Below, in pieces: positions 7,527 through 19,955 of a DNA stretch of 32,000 bases (position 1 is its first letter; the number at the start of each line of letters is the position of its first letter). The DNA comes from Fibrobacterota bacterium. GTDB lineage: Bacteria; Fibrobacterota; Fibrobacteria; UBA11236. The position numbers were made by a program, and so were the translations under genes. The stretch covers positions 32,069 through 64,068 of the forward strand of contig JAQBPN010000076.1 in NCBI GenBank assembly GCA_028287505.1, written 5' to 3'. Under the pieces are notes generated by a model. The model was not told the DNA's origin. It did no database searches and saw only the letters and a program-made list of their open reading frames with translations.

Positions 7527-8957
7527 TCAGGCGGGGGAGGGCGTCGGAGCAGGAACCGTTGCGGGAGCGTGGGACGTCGCCGCCGCATGCGCGTCCTCAA
7601 GACCATGCTCCTTGAGTTTCCGCCACAGGGTGGAACGGGAGATCCCCAGCCGGCGCGCGGCTTCGGTGTGGTTCTTGTGGCAGACTTCCAGGGCCTTGCG
7701 GATATAATTCTTCTCCAACTCGGCCAGAGTCATCAGGGAGTTGGGATTGCCGTCCGCCACGGCTTCTTCGCCTTTTGGGAGGGCGAACATGACGGGTCCC
7801 CCGTGCGCTTTCACCAGATAATCGGGCAGATCCTCAAGCACGATGTTTTCGCCCTCGCAGAGGGCCACGGCATGCTCGATGATGTTTTCCAATTGGCGGA
7901 TATTGCCCGGGTAGTCGTAATTCATGAGCACGGCCTCGGCGCTCTTGGCCATGCCGTTGATCTGCTTTTTGTTCTGCGCCGAATATTTTTTCACGAAGGT
8001 CCGGATCAGGCTCGGGATGGAGCTGCGGCGATCGCGCAGGGGCGGCAGGGTCAGATGGAAGATGCTGAGCCGGTAGTACAGATCCTCCCGGAAGGATCCG
8101 TTCGCGATGGCCTTGTGCAGATCCTTGTTGGAGGCGGCGATGACGCGTACGTCCACGTATTTGTTTTCATTGTCGCCCACCCGCCGGATTTCCTTGTCCT
8201 GCAGGAAGCGCAATAGTTTCACCTGAGTCTGGAGGGAGAGTTCCCCGATTTCATCCAGGAACAGGGTGCCTTTATCGGCCATTTCGAACAGGCCCTTGCG
8301 GTCCGCGATGGAACCCGTGTAGGAGCCTTTGCGCGATCCGAACAATTCCGATTCCACCAGGGTCTCCGGAATGGCGCCGCAGTTGACGGCCACGAAGCTT
8401 TCGTCGGAGCGGCTGCTGAGCCGGTGGACGATATTGGCCATGAACTCCTTGCCGGTGCCGCTTTCCCCGGAAATGAGGATGGTGCTGTTGGTGGGAGCCA
8501 CCTTGGTCACCGTCTTCAGGATTTTCTTCATGGTGGGGGAAGAGCCCAGCAGGTCTTCCAGGTACCGCTCTTCCAGGGCCCGCACGTTCTTGCGCGTCAG
8601 GGAATGGTTCAGGGCCTTGGCCGCCAGGCTTTCCAGCAACTTCACGTTCACGGGCTTGATCAGAAAGGAGTGCGCGCCGCGCTGCACGGCCGCTTCCGCT
8701 TTCTGGGTATCGCGGACATTGGTGAGGATGAAGACTTCGATGCCGGGGTTGCGTTCCTTGGCCAGGTCCAGGATGTCCAGGTTTTCGATGGTCAGGAAAT
8801 CCGTGGACAGGAACATGGCGCTGATGCCGCCCTGGGTCAGCAGTTTTATGGCGTTCTGGCCGCCGCTGCTTTCCATGATCTCGGTATTCGGGATCGACCA
8901 GTTGTTGAAAACCTCTTTTTTGAGTTCCGGGTCGTTGTCGAGTATGAAAATCTTCAT
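7527..8957 (-). CDS. Sigma-54-dependent response regulator (NtrC/Fis family enhancer-binding protein)
   Basis: The REC domain has D7/D9, D53, T79 and K101. The AAA+ core has Walker A GESGTGKE, ESELFG, GSYTGS in place of GAFTGA, and Walker B LFLDEIGE. A C-terminal Fis-type HTH reads AARRLGISRSTLWRKLKE, followed by a Pro/Ala/Thr tail. The gene starts 40 nt after the dnaJ stop on the same strand. Confidence 0.9.
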   Translation of the reverse strand: MKIFILDNDPELKKEVFNNWSIPNTEIMESSGGQNAIKLLTQGGISAMFLSTDFLTIENLDILDLAKERNPGIEVFILTNVRDTQKAEAAVQRGAHSFLIKPVNVKLLESLAAKALNHSLTRKNVRALEERYLEDLLGSSPTMKKILKTVTKVAPTNSTILISGESGTGKEFMANIVHRLSSRSDESFVAVNCGAIPETLVESELFGSRKGSYTGSIADRKGLFEMADKGTLFLDEIGELSLQTQVKLLRFLQDKEIRRVGDNENKYVDVRVIAASNKDLHKAIANGSFREDLYYRLSIFHLTLPPLRDRRSSIPSLIRTFVKKYSAQNKKQINGMAKSAEAVLMNYDYPGNIRQLENIIEHAVALCEGENIVLEDLPDYLVKAHGGPVMFALPKGEEAVADGNPNSLMTLAELEKNYIRKALEVCHKNHTEAARRLGISRSTLWRKLKEHGLEDAHAAATSHAPATVPAPTPSPA

Positions 8958-8997
8958 ATCGGTTTCTTTCGGGGTCCCGGACGAACCCCACGTTTCG

Positions 8998-10122
8998 CTA
9001 CGTGAAAAAGGTCTTCGCCTTCTGGAAGAAGGACTTGGGATGATCCTTCTCCTGCACTTTCTCCAATTCCTTCAGGACTTCGATTTCCCGGGCCGACAGG
9101 TTTTCCGGCGTGTGCACGTGGATCTTCACGTACTGGCTGCCGCGCTGATGGCCGTTGATGTCCGGGAGACCCTTGGTCCGCAGGCGCATGAGCTTTTCGC
9201 TCTGGGTCCCGGCGGGGATCTTCAGGTCCACTTCGCCATCGATGGTCCGGACGCGGATGTCGCCGCCCAAGGCCACGGTGGTATAGGGAACCTCCACCTG
9301 ACTGTACAGATCGATTCCCCGGCGTTCGAAAAAGTCGTCTTCCGCTTCCTTGATGGCCACGATCAGATCGCCGCTGGGGCCGCCCTGGGGTCCCGCATGG
9401 CCCTCGCCGCGCAAGGTCAGGTAATTGCTTTCCTCCACTCCCGGAGGGACGTCGATGGAAAGGGTCACCTCTTCCTGGACGCGGCCGCCGCCATGGCAGG
9501 AGGCGCATTTGTTTTTGATCAGGGAACCGATGCCCTGGCACTCGGGGCAGGTGGTCACGTTCACGATCTGTCCGAAGAAGGAACTCTGCACCTGCCGCAC
9601 CTGGCCCTGGCCCGCGCACACGTTGCAGGTCTGTTTGCCCGTTCCGCCCTGTCCCGCGCAGGTACCGCATTTGTTGTAGCGCTTGAGCTTGACCTTCTTG
9701 GTCACGCCGGCGGAAACATCCGGCAGGGTCACGGTGAGGGATATCTGCACGTCCTGGCCGCGAGGGGGTCCTGAACGTCCGCGTCCGCCCCGGCCGCCGC
9801 CCTGTCTTCCGAAGAAATCCCCGCCGAAGATGTCCCCGAAGGCGCTGAAAATGTCCTCGAAGTTGCTGAAGCCTTCGGCTCCGCCCATGCCGCCCTGCAC
9901 GCCCGCATGGCCGAATCGATCGTATTGCGCCCGCTTCTTTTCGTCGCAAAGAACGCTGTAGGCCTCCGCGGCCTCCTTGAACTTCTCTTCCGCTTCCTTA
10001 TCGCCCGGATTCTTGTCCGGGTGGAATTTTACGGCGAGCTTCTTGTACGACGCCTTGATGGCGGCGAGGTCGGATTCCTTGGTGATTCCCAATACCTCGT
10101 AATAATCCCGCTTTGTCGCCAT
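8998..10122 (-). CDS. dnaJ: Chaperone DnaJ (Hsp40)
   Basis: J domain (DYYEVLGI..HPDKNPGD), a G/F-rich region, and four CxxCxGxG zinc motifs (CGTCAGQG, CNVCAGQG, CPECQGIG, CASCHGGG). I prefer the second ATG at 10122 (MATKRDYY) because AAGGA is correctly spaced for it. The track start at 10128 is the alternative. Confidence 0.93.
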   Translation of the reverse strand: MATKRDYYEVLGITKESDLAAIKASYKKLAVKFHPDKNPGDKEAEEKFKEAAEAYSVLCDEKKRAQYDRFGHAGVQGGMGGAEGFSNFEDIFSAFGDIFGGDFFGRQGGGRGGRGRSGPPRGQDVQISLTVTLPDVSAGVTKKVKLKRYNKCGTCAGQGGTGKQTCNVCAGQGQVRQVQSSFFGQIVNVTTCPECQGIGSLIKNKCASCHGGGRVQEEVTLSIDVPPGVEESNYLTLRGEGHAGPQGGPSGDLIVAIKEAEDDFFERRGIDLYSQVEVPYTTVALGGDIRVRTIDGEVDLKIPAGTQSEKLMRLRTKGLPDINGHQRGSQYVKIHVHTPENLSAREIEVLKELEKVQEKDHPKSFFQKAKTFFT

Positions 10123-10312
10123 TTCCATTCCTTCAATGCTTTGCCTGTAACGTTACAACAGCAGGATCGCGGAAACAACCGTTCCCGCGATCCTTTTAAA
10201 ATAGCAAGAGAGCCGCCAGGCTCTCCAGGGGCATACTCGCCCCTCTCAGGAAACAAGTCCCGCCGGGGCTATGCGCCCCCGGGACTTTCCCTTTCCTTGA
10301 TTTCCCCGACGA

Positions 10313-12256
<1,944 letters not shown>

Positions 12257-12300
12257 GATATTGCCCTTTCAAAAACTTTATTACCGGTCCCGGCCTTGAC

Positions 12301-12882
12301 TTAAGGCTTTCCCGTCGAAACGATGACTTTTGCGTGCTTGAGAATCTTGTTCTTGGCCTTGTAGCCCTTTTGCAGCACCTGGGAGATATGGTTCTCGGGA
12401 ACCGTATCGCTCGGCTGTTGCATCAAAGCGTCGTGGACGTTCGGATCGAACTCCTCGCCCAGGGGATCGACTTCCGTCAATCCTTCATCCCCCAGGATTT
12501 CCTTGAACTTGTTGTAGATGAGGCGCATGCCTTTTTCCACGTCCTCGAGCTTTTCCGATTTGTGCTTGGGATCGAAAGCCAGATTGAAGTCGTCCAGGAC
12601 GTCGGTCAGCTTGCCCAGGAGCTTCGCATTGGCCGACGAGATCAAGTCGAAATTCTCTTTGACCGTGCGCCGGCGGAAATTCTCGAACTCGGCCAGCAGG
12701 CGGAGATGTTTGTCCTTCGCCTCCTGGAGTTCGTCCGTCAGCTTATCGTATTCCCTGCCCGCATCCTTTTCCGAGGCTTCGGCGTTGGCGCCGTTCTCGT
12801 CGGTGCCGGTGGACTGATTCTGGGTATTTTGATTTTCCACGTCTTGTTCCTTGGATGCCATAAAGTCCTGTGTCTGTGACAT
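12301..12882 (-). CDS. grpE: Nucleotide exchange factor GrpE
   Basis: 193 aa with an acidic N-terminus, a coiled-coil (LRLLAEFENFRRR) and a C-terminal beta-domain (HDALMQ..GYK..ILKHAKV). It starts 12 nt after the hrcA stop. An internal ATG (MASKEQD) is a possible alternative start. Confidence 0.9.
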   Translation of the reverse strand: MSQTQDFMASKEQDVENQNTQNQSTGTDENGANAEASEKDAGREYDKLTDELQEAKDKHLRLLAEFENFRRRTVKENFDLISSANAKLLGKLTDVLDDFNLAFDPKHKSEKLEDVEKGMRLIYNKFKEILGDEGLTEVDPLGEEFDPNVHDALMQQPSDTVPENHISQVLQKGYKAKNKILKHAKVIVSTGKP

Positions 12883-12894
12883 AATGCCGCCCGC

Positions 12895-13968
12895 TCAGCT
12901 TTCCGATTCGGATTGGTTGTTCCCCTGTTTTCCGGTCTCGGCCCTGTCTTTTCGATTCAAGGCCTTTGCCGTGTGATCCACTATGGAGATGAGCCTGGAG
13001 TAGGGCATTCGCTTGGGGCCGATCACGCCGATAATCCCATGGGCGCCGCCCAGGCTGAACGCCGAGGTGACGATGGAGACGGACCGAAGCTTGTGTCCCT
13101 CCTGATGTTCTTCCCCGATGGTGACATGGACTCCCTCTTTCTCATTTCTTTGGCGCAAGAAGTGTACCAGCGCCATCTTGGAGTCCAATAAGTCTAAAAT
13201 AGATTCCAGGTCCTCCAATTTCTCAAAATCAGCCCGGGAGAAGATGTTCTTGGTGCCGGAAATCTGGACTTCATCATGCTTCTGGGATTTGAAAAGTTTC
13301 GAAATGGAACGATCGAAGAAGCTAAATGCCTTTTTTTCCTCTTCTGAGGCGGAACTTTCTTTCGGATTTCTCAAAAGAGTGTTCAAAAATGAAACAGGCT
13401 TGCCTTGCATCCGTTCATTAATCCGCCGGGCTATGGATTCCAGCCTGTAAATGGAGGTGTCGATCCCGGAATCCACCATGGTGGTCCGGAACACGGTCTC
13501 GGATACGGAGAGCACGATCATGACCCGATTCTGATCCAGGGGCACCAGGGAGATGTTTTTGAACAGGGATTCTTCCACGGAAGGCGAGACCGCGACCCCC
13601 AATTGCCGGGTCAGGTTCCCGAGAATTCGCGCGGTATGCGTCATCAGTTCCTGTTCGTCCTGGGCCTCGTTGATTTCCGACTCGATGGAACGGCGATCCT
13701 CGGCGGTCAGCGGATCCACCGGCATCAATTCATTGATGTAGGTGCGGTACCCGCGATCGGTGGGGGTGCGTCCGGCGGAAGTATGGGGCTGCTCCACGAA
13801 ACCCATGTCCTCGAGTTCGGCCATGGTGTTGCGGATGGTGGCGCTGCTGGCCTGGAGCAGGGGATTCACGCTCAAAACCTTGGAAGAAACGGGCTCCGCC
13901 TTGACGATATAATGATCGACGATGGCGGTAAGAACCTGCTTTTGCCTGGGATTCAAGGGGCTGTTCAC
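12895..13968 (-). CDS. hrcA: Heat-inducible transcription repressor HrcA
   Basis: The start is set at the GTG at 13968 (VNSPLNPRQKQVLTAIVDHYIVKAEPVSSKVLS..SSATIRNTMAELEDMGFVEQPHTSAGRTPTDRGYRTYINELM), giving 357 aa, the usual HrcA size. A GAGGG lies upstream. The track ORF extends to 14208 only because no stop codon intervenes, and that extension runs through the groEL terminator. Confidence 0.85.
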   Translation of the reverse strand: MNSPLNPRQKQVLTAIVDHYIVKAEPVSSKVLSVNPLLQASSATIRNTMAELEDMGFVEQPHTSAGRTPTDRGYRTYINELMPVDPLTAEDRRSIESEINEAQDEQELMTHTARILGNLTRQLGVAVSPSVEESLFKNISLVPLDQNRVMIVLSVSETVFRTTMVDSGIDTSIYRLESIARRINERMQGKPVSFLNTLLRNPKESSASEEEKKAFSFFDRSISKLFKSQKHDEVQISGTKNIFSRADFEKLEDLESILDLLDSKMALVHFLRQRNEKEGVHVTIGEEHQEGHKLRSVSIVTSAFSLGGAHGIIGVIGPKRMPYSRLISIVDHTAKALNRKDRAETGKQGNNQSESES

Positions 13969-14024
13969 TGTCCGGTACCCTCGGGAGAATGCGCGTTTGC
14001 GATGAAAAAAAACGTCTTCTTTAA

Positions 14025-14060
14025 CCAAAAAATCCCCTGACGCGGTTGGCGCGCCAGGGG
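14025..14060 (-). terminator. Rho-independent terminator downstream of groEL
   Basis: The minus-strand RNA reads CCCCUGGCGCG-CCAAC-CGCGUCAGGGG, an 11-bp stem with one G-U pair, followed by AUUUUUUGG. A second hairpin, UUCCCCGC..GCGGGGAA, lies at 14081-14108 directly after the groEL stop. Confidence 0.7.
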
Positions 14061-14114
14061 ACGGATTCGAATGGCCTGAGGTTCCCCGCACCCGGAGGCG
14101 CGGGGAAGGATGAA

Positions 14115-15839
<1,725 letters not shown>

Positions 15840-15885
15840 TCATATTCAGAATCGCACTGCGATTCTGAAAGAAGCCGCTTCAGCT

Positions 15886-16170
15886 TCAGATGACCGCGAG
15901 GACGTCGCTCTCACGCATGATCAGGTAGTCTTTGCCTTCCACGGAGACTTCCGTGCCGGAGTACTTACCGTACAGGACGGTGTCGCCCACTTTGACTTCC
16001 ATCTTGATGAGGGTGCCGGCATCCGAGGCCTTGCCGGGACCGGCGGCGATGATGCGGCCCTTCTGGGGCTTCTCTTTGGCGGTGTCCGGGACGTACAGGC
16101 CGCCGGCGGTTTTTTCCGCGGCTTCCAGGGCTTCTACTAGGACTCGATCGGCTAGAGGCTTCACGTTCAT
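15886..16170 (-). CDS. groES: Co-chaperonin GroES (Cpn10)
   Basis: 94 aa: [46 protein letters not shown]...[19 protein letters not shown]. Confidence 0.96.
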   Translation of the reverse strand: MNVKPLADRVLVEALEAAEKTAGGLYVPDTAKEKPQKGRIIAAGPGKASDAGTLIKMEVKVGDTVLYGKYSGTEVSVEGKDYLIMRESDVLAVI

Positions 16171-16221
16171 GGTTCTCTCCTTGATGGTTTGATTAATAGT
16201 TTACCAAGATTTGATGTGTGA

Positions 16222-16248
16222 TTAGCAGTCTCCCAACCGGAGTGCTAA
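16222..16248. promoter_or_regulatory. CIRCE operator (HrcA binding site)
   Basis: The transcribed minus strand reads TTAGCACTC-CGGTTGGGA-GACTGCTAA, a 17/18 match to TTAGCACTC-N9-GAGTGCTAA. It lies between the promoter and the groES start. Confidence 0.88.
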
Positions 16249-16259
16249 ATGTGGGGCAT

Positions 16260-16288
16260 AATATAGAGGCTTTTTTCGGCGATTTCAA
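16260..16288 (-). promoter_or_regulatory. Sigma-70-type promoter of groESL
   Basis: The minus strand reads TTGAAA (16288-16283), a 17-nt spacer, then TATATT (16265-16260). CIRCE starts 11 nt downstream of the -10 hexamer. Confidence 0.7.
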
Positions 16289-16410
16289 GATGTTTGCAGC
16301 CATGATCGGCCAAAGCAACGGAAATGGTTCCATAATGAAACGCGGATTGGGGAATTATCAAAAAAACCAAGCCGGCTCCCCGGATTTTTTTTCGACCTAT
16401 TTTTCTCCCG

Positions 16411-18012
16411 ATGCTGCTTCGAGCCTTCTCCGCCCGCCGGAAACCCCTGCTTGCGGGCCTCTTCGCCCTCAGTCTGATCATCGGGACCCTGGAAGGTCTT
16501 TTCATCTTGATCGCAAAGTCGGCCGTGACCGGGGCGCAATGGCGGACCTGGAGCATTCCCTTGCTGGCCCTGGCCTTGATCGTCACCGTGAGGACGCTGG
16601 CGCAAATCCTCTCCACGCGGCTGGAGCTCAGGGCCCTCTTCGCCTGGTTGGGAGAACGGAGGGCCCTCCTGTTGCGCGCGGCCGCGGCGCGGATGTTCCC
16701 GGCCTATCGCGATCCCTGGCGTAACACCCTGGTTACGGCCCTCGGGGACGGCATGGAGGACCTCGGCATGGGCGTGGGCGCGGGATTCCGCTGCCTGGCC
16801 GCGCTGGCCCATACCCTGGTGCTGGCGCCCCTGCTTTTCCTTTTCTCCTGGAAACTGGCGGCGGGAGCCATGGCGCTGGCCGTGCCCGCTTTGTTGGCCA
16901 GCCGCCTGCGCGCCGGCGTGCTGGCGGCCTCCGGAAAGCGTTGGAGCGAATCCAAGGCGGAAATGTCCCTGGATACGGAGGCGTTCGCCGAGGGCCTGGA
17001 AGCCCAGGCCGGAAACGGGAAGCTGCGGGATTCCGCCGCGCGCCTTGCGGAGAGCCTGGACCGGCATGCGCACAGGTCCGGGTCCTGGGAAACGGCCAAA
17101 GCGGTTTTTCCGCCCGCGCTGGAATGGTTTTTCTTCATGGCGCTGGCGGCCTTGGCCCTGATGGCGGGCGCAGGCGATCCCGGAGCGGGCGGGAACGCGG
17201 GGAAGGGTCCCGCCGGCCTGCTGCCTTTCGGCGCCCTGCTGTTGCTTATGTACCGGCCCATCCGGGAATGGGCGCGCAATTATCCCGTACACCTGATGGG
17301 AGGCCAGGCCTGGATTTCCTTGCGTAACCTGCAGGATACCCTGGAGGCGTTTCCGCTCCGGGAACCCCGCCCCGTTTCGCCTTCCGGTTCCCTGCTCCTG
17401 GAAGGGGTCCGCTTCGGGTACCAATCCGACCGCCCGGTGCTGGACGGATTCGATCTGGAGCTCGCTCCAAACGAATTGACCTGGATTGCCGGGCGCAATG
17501 GCGCGGGAAAGTCCACCTTGCTCAAGCTGTTGGCGGGAATCGAGTCCCCGCAGGCGGGACGGATCTTCGCGCCCGCCGCCTGGACGGGAACCGCATTCGC
17601 CTATCTTCCCCAGAAGGCGTTTCTGGATTCCGATTGGAAGCGGTGGGCGGGAGCCTTCGCGGCGGAACAGCCCGCGGCCTGGAAGACCTTGGATGGGATC
17701 CTGGGCCTGGAGCGGATTATGGCCAAGGCGGGAGACGGCCTTAAGGGCGTGTCGGGCGGCGAGCGCCAGCGTCTGTGCCTGGCCCGGGCCTTCGCATCGC
17801 CTGCGCCTTATCTGCTTCTGGATGAACCGACCACCTGGCTTACCGCCGGGGATCGCGAGCGCATCCTGGGGGATTTACTGGCATTCTGGAGACGGCCCGA
17901 CGCCATGGGCGCTTCCCGGGGAGCGGCGATGGTGTCGCACGAACCGTTCCTGGGCGAGTTCTGTTCGCGTACGGTGCGGATGGAGCCTGAATCCGTGGAA
18001 GTGCCCGGGTGA
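16411..18012 (+). CDS. ABC exporter with fused permease and ATPase (MsbA/CydCD-like half-transporter)
   Basis: 533 aa. The N-terminal ~300 aa is hydrophobic with multiple TM helices. The NBD has Walker A GRNGAGKST, signature VSGGERQRLCLARAF and Walker B YLLLDEPT. No clear SD precedes the ATG. Confidence 0.85.
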   Translation: MLLRAFSARRKPLLAGLFALSLIIGTLEGLFILIAKSAVTGAQWRTWSIPLLALALIVTVRTLAQILSTRLELRALFAWLGERRALLLRAAAARMFPAYRDPWRNTLVTALGDGMEDLGMGVGAGFRCLAALAHTLVLAPLLFLFSWKLAAGAMALAVPALLASRLRAGVLAASGKRWSESKAEMSLDTEAFAEGLEAQAGNGKLRDSAARLAESLDRHAHRSGSWETAKAVFPPALEWFFFMALAALALMAGAGDPGAGGNAGKGPAGLLPFGALLLLMYRPIREWARNYPVHLMGGQAWISLRNLQDTLEAFPLREPRPVSPSGSLLLEGVRFGYQSDRPVLDGFDLELAPNELTWIAGRNGAGKSTLLKLLAGIESPQAGRIFAPAAWTGTAFAYLPQKAFLDSDWKRWAGAFAAEQPAAWKTLDGILGLERIMAKAGDGLKGVSGGERQRLCLARAFASPAPYLLLDEPTTWLTAGDRERILGDLLAFWRRPDAMGASRGAAMVSHEPFLGEFCSRTVRMEPESVEVPG

Positions 18013-18602
18013 AGCCGGCGGACGTCCAATTCGCCTGGCGAGGATGGATCCTGGGCGCGCTTTTCACGGGGCTGGCCTTCGCGCGCTGGCGATCCGCCGG
18101 CCCGGTCGAGCCCCTGGGCCTGATACCGGTCGCCCTGGGGGCCCTTTATCGTTTCCATGCGGGCCGTTATATTCCCGGGCACACCAATTCCCCCCGCCTT
18201 TCCGGAAAGGCCCTCGCCTTGCGCGGCCCCTACCGGTATGGGCGGCATCCGCTCTACCTGTCGAACCTGGCCATCATCGCCGGATTGATCCTCTTCGCCG
18301 ATTGCCTTCCTCTTTGGGAGGCGGCCCTGCTGTTCGGCATCGCCTGCGCGCACCACGCCCTCTTGGCGCGCACGGAGGAGCGGTACCTGGCCTCCATCTG
18401 GGGCGAAGCGTATCTCGGTTACCTGCGTGTTACCCCGCGCTGGTTCGGGTTGCCGCCGATGTCCGCCCCCGGGGAGCCGGCTTCCGCCGGCGTTCCCGAT
18501 CGGGAGGCCATGGCGGTGTCCTGGAAACGCCAAGGCGCGAACCTGGGCAAGAGCGCCGCCTGCGCGCTGGTTCTTTGGATCCTCGCGGCCGTCCATCGAT
18601 GA
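18009..18602 (+). CDS. Membrane methyltransferase of the isoprenylcysteine carboxyl methyltransferase / phospholipid methyltransferase (ICMT/PEMT) family
   Basis: 197 aa and polytopic, with GPYRYGRHPLYLSNLAIIAGL (the family's RHPxY core) followed by EERYLASIWGEAY. The GTG start overlaps the ABC stop (GTGA at 18009-18012). Its own stop overlaps the waaA start (ATGA at 18599-18602). Confidence 0.75.
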   Translation: MKPADVQFAWRGWILGALFTGLAFARWRSAGPVEPLGLIPVALGALYRFHAGRYIPGHTNSPRLSGKALALRGPYRYGRHPLYLSNLAIIAGLILFADCLPLWEAALLFGIACAHHALLARTEERYLASIWGEAYLGYLRVTPRWFGLPPMSAPGEPASAGVPDREAMAVSWKRQGANLGKSAACALVLWILAAVHR

Positions 18603-19921
18603 TGCGGTTCCACCTGGCCGTTTACCGCTGGGCCTGGCATCTGCTCCTGGCTCCGGCGCTTTTCCTGAACGGACTCGATCGGCGTTTGCGCGCGATGACG
18701 GGAATCGGCTTCATCCCCGGTACCTGGCGCGTGACGGAGCGCGCCGGCGCGGGTCCGGGAGCACGGCCGGCCGGTAGTGCCGGGAAGCGGGCGCTCTGGC
18801 TGCATTGCGCTTCCCTGGGGGAGGCCAAGGGCATGTGGGCTTTTACCCTTTCCCTCGCCGAAGCCGATGACATCATTCTCACCGCCAATACTCATGACGG
18901 CGCGGCATTCCTGGAACGGCAATGCGCGGTTTTTTCCAAATCCTCTTTCGCCGCCGCCCGTCGTATCGTGGTCTCGATCGCGCCGTTCGATCATCCCTCC
19001 GTGGTGGGTCGGTTCCTGGAACGCCATGGGGTGCGCGGATTGTGCCTCTATGAGGTGGAGCTTTGGCCCCATTATCTGTCCGGGTGCCGGGAAAGGGATC
19101 TTCCCGTGGCCTTGGTCTCCGGCAGGCTTACGGAAAAAGCCTACGCGCTGTACCGCCGTTTCGGCGGCGCCGGGGCGCGGTTGCTGGACGGTCTGGCATG
19201 GATCCAGGCGCAATCCCCGGAGGATGCGGAGCGCTTCCGCTCCTTGACCACGGCCGAGGTCTGCCTGGGTTTCGATTTCAAGGCCGCCCATTACCTGCGT
19301 CACCGGGACCTTCCGGAAACGATTCCGCCGCAGCCTCGGTTCCTGGGCGCCGCATCCCGCTTCGCATTCGTCTCCCTGCATTTTTCCGAATTGACGCTCT
19401 TGCGGCCGGGCCTGGCGCGGTTGATGGAGCGCTTCGACCTGGTCGTCTTTCCCAGAAAGCTGGCGGAGGTCAACCGGTTCCGATCGGTGTTGGAACCGAT
19501 GGGGTTCGAGACCCACAGCCGCAATCCCAATGCCCGCCATCTGCTGGTGGATGCCCTGGGTCTGGTGGAGGAGCGGTTGCCGGAATGCGGTTCGGTTTTC
19601 GTAGGGGGAAGCCTGATTCCCCTGGGCTGCCACAATTTGTGGGAACCTTTGCTCGTGGGCGCGCAAATCCGGTTCGGCCCGTACTTCGAGAACCAGCGGA
19701 CCTGGGCCGGGCTGCTCCTGGAATGCGGCATTGCCGAAGTGGTTCGCGACCCGGCGGCCCTCGGGGCCTGCCCCTCGCCCAGTCCCGAAAACGCCACGGC
19801 TTGCGCCACCCTGGTCCAAGACCTCCGCCAGGACCTGGAATCGGCCCTCACGGACGGGAAACGGAGGATATTTGTTACTTTCTACCCGAACGTGAACGCC
19901 AGGACGGCCGCGCAAGCCTAA
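18599..19921 (+). CDS. waaA: 3-deoxy-D-manno-octulosonic acid (Kdo) transferase
   Basis: The start is set at the ATG at 18599 (MMRFHLAVYRWAWHLLLAP), giving 440 aa. Motifs include WLHCASLGEAKG and the C-terminal GGSLIPLGCHNLWEPLLVGAQIRFGPYFENQ. The track ORF from 17486 is an out-of-frame overlap of the ABC gene. Confidence 0.87.
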   Translation: MMRFHLAVYRWAWHLLLAPALFLNGLDRRLRAMTGIGFIPGTWRVTERAGAGPGARPAGSAGKRALWLHCASLGEAKGMWAFTLSLAEADDIILTANTHDGAAFLERQCAVFSKSSFAAARRIVVSIAPFDHPSVVGRFLERHGVRGLCLYEVELWPHYLSGCRERDLPVALVSGRLTEKAYALYRRFGGAGARLLDGLAWIQAQSPEDAERFRSLTTAEVCLGFDFKAAHYLRHRDLPETIPPQPRFLGAASRFAFVSLHFSELTLLRPGLARLMERFDLVVFPRKLAEVNRFRSVLEPMGFETHSRNPNARHLLVDALGLVEERLPECGSVFVGGSLIPLGCHNLWEPLLVGAQIRFGPYFENQRTWAGLLLECGIAEVVRDPAALGACPSPSPENATACATLVQDLRQDLESALTDGKRRIFVTFYPNVNARTAAQA

Positions 19922-19955
19922 GGCCCGCGCATCCTGCAAAGACAAGGGACTAACG

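Noticed and set aside
10146-10157. AT-rich palindromes sharing GTAAC/GTTAC arms: TGTAACGTTACA here and GTAAC-N6-GTTACGTAA at 28365-28384. I considered them as a shared operator (for example LexA-like, since one lies beside mutM).
   Set aside because: About ten perfect 12-bp palindromes are expected by chance in this window. The two sites differ in spacing and in position relative to genes, and they match no LexA box I know. The first is mentioned only as part of the dnaK-dnaJ spacer description.
16360-16392. A7...CCGG-CTCC-CCGG...T8 terminator-like element upstream of the ABC gene
   Set aside because: The stem has only 4 GC pairs, and the A/T flanks cannot pair without a large asymmetric loop. 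No upstream gene on either strand needs a terminator there.
17486-18598. N-terminal 371 codons of the 811-aa ORF 17486..19921
   Set aside because: This part overlaps the ABC transporter NBD and the ICMT gene out of frame and translates as Pro/Arg/Gly-rich sequence. Recognisable WaaA sequence begins only at the ATG at 18599, which forms an ATGA overlap with the preceding stop.
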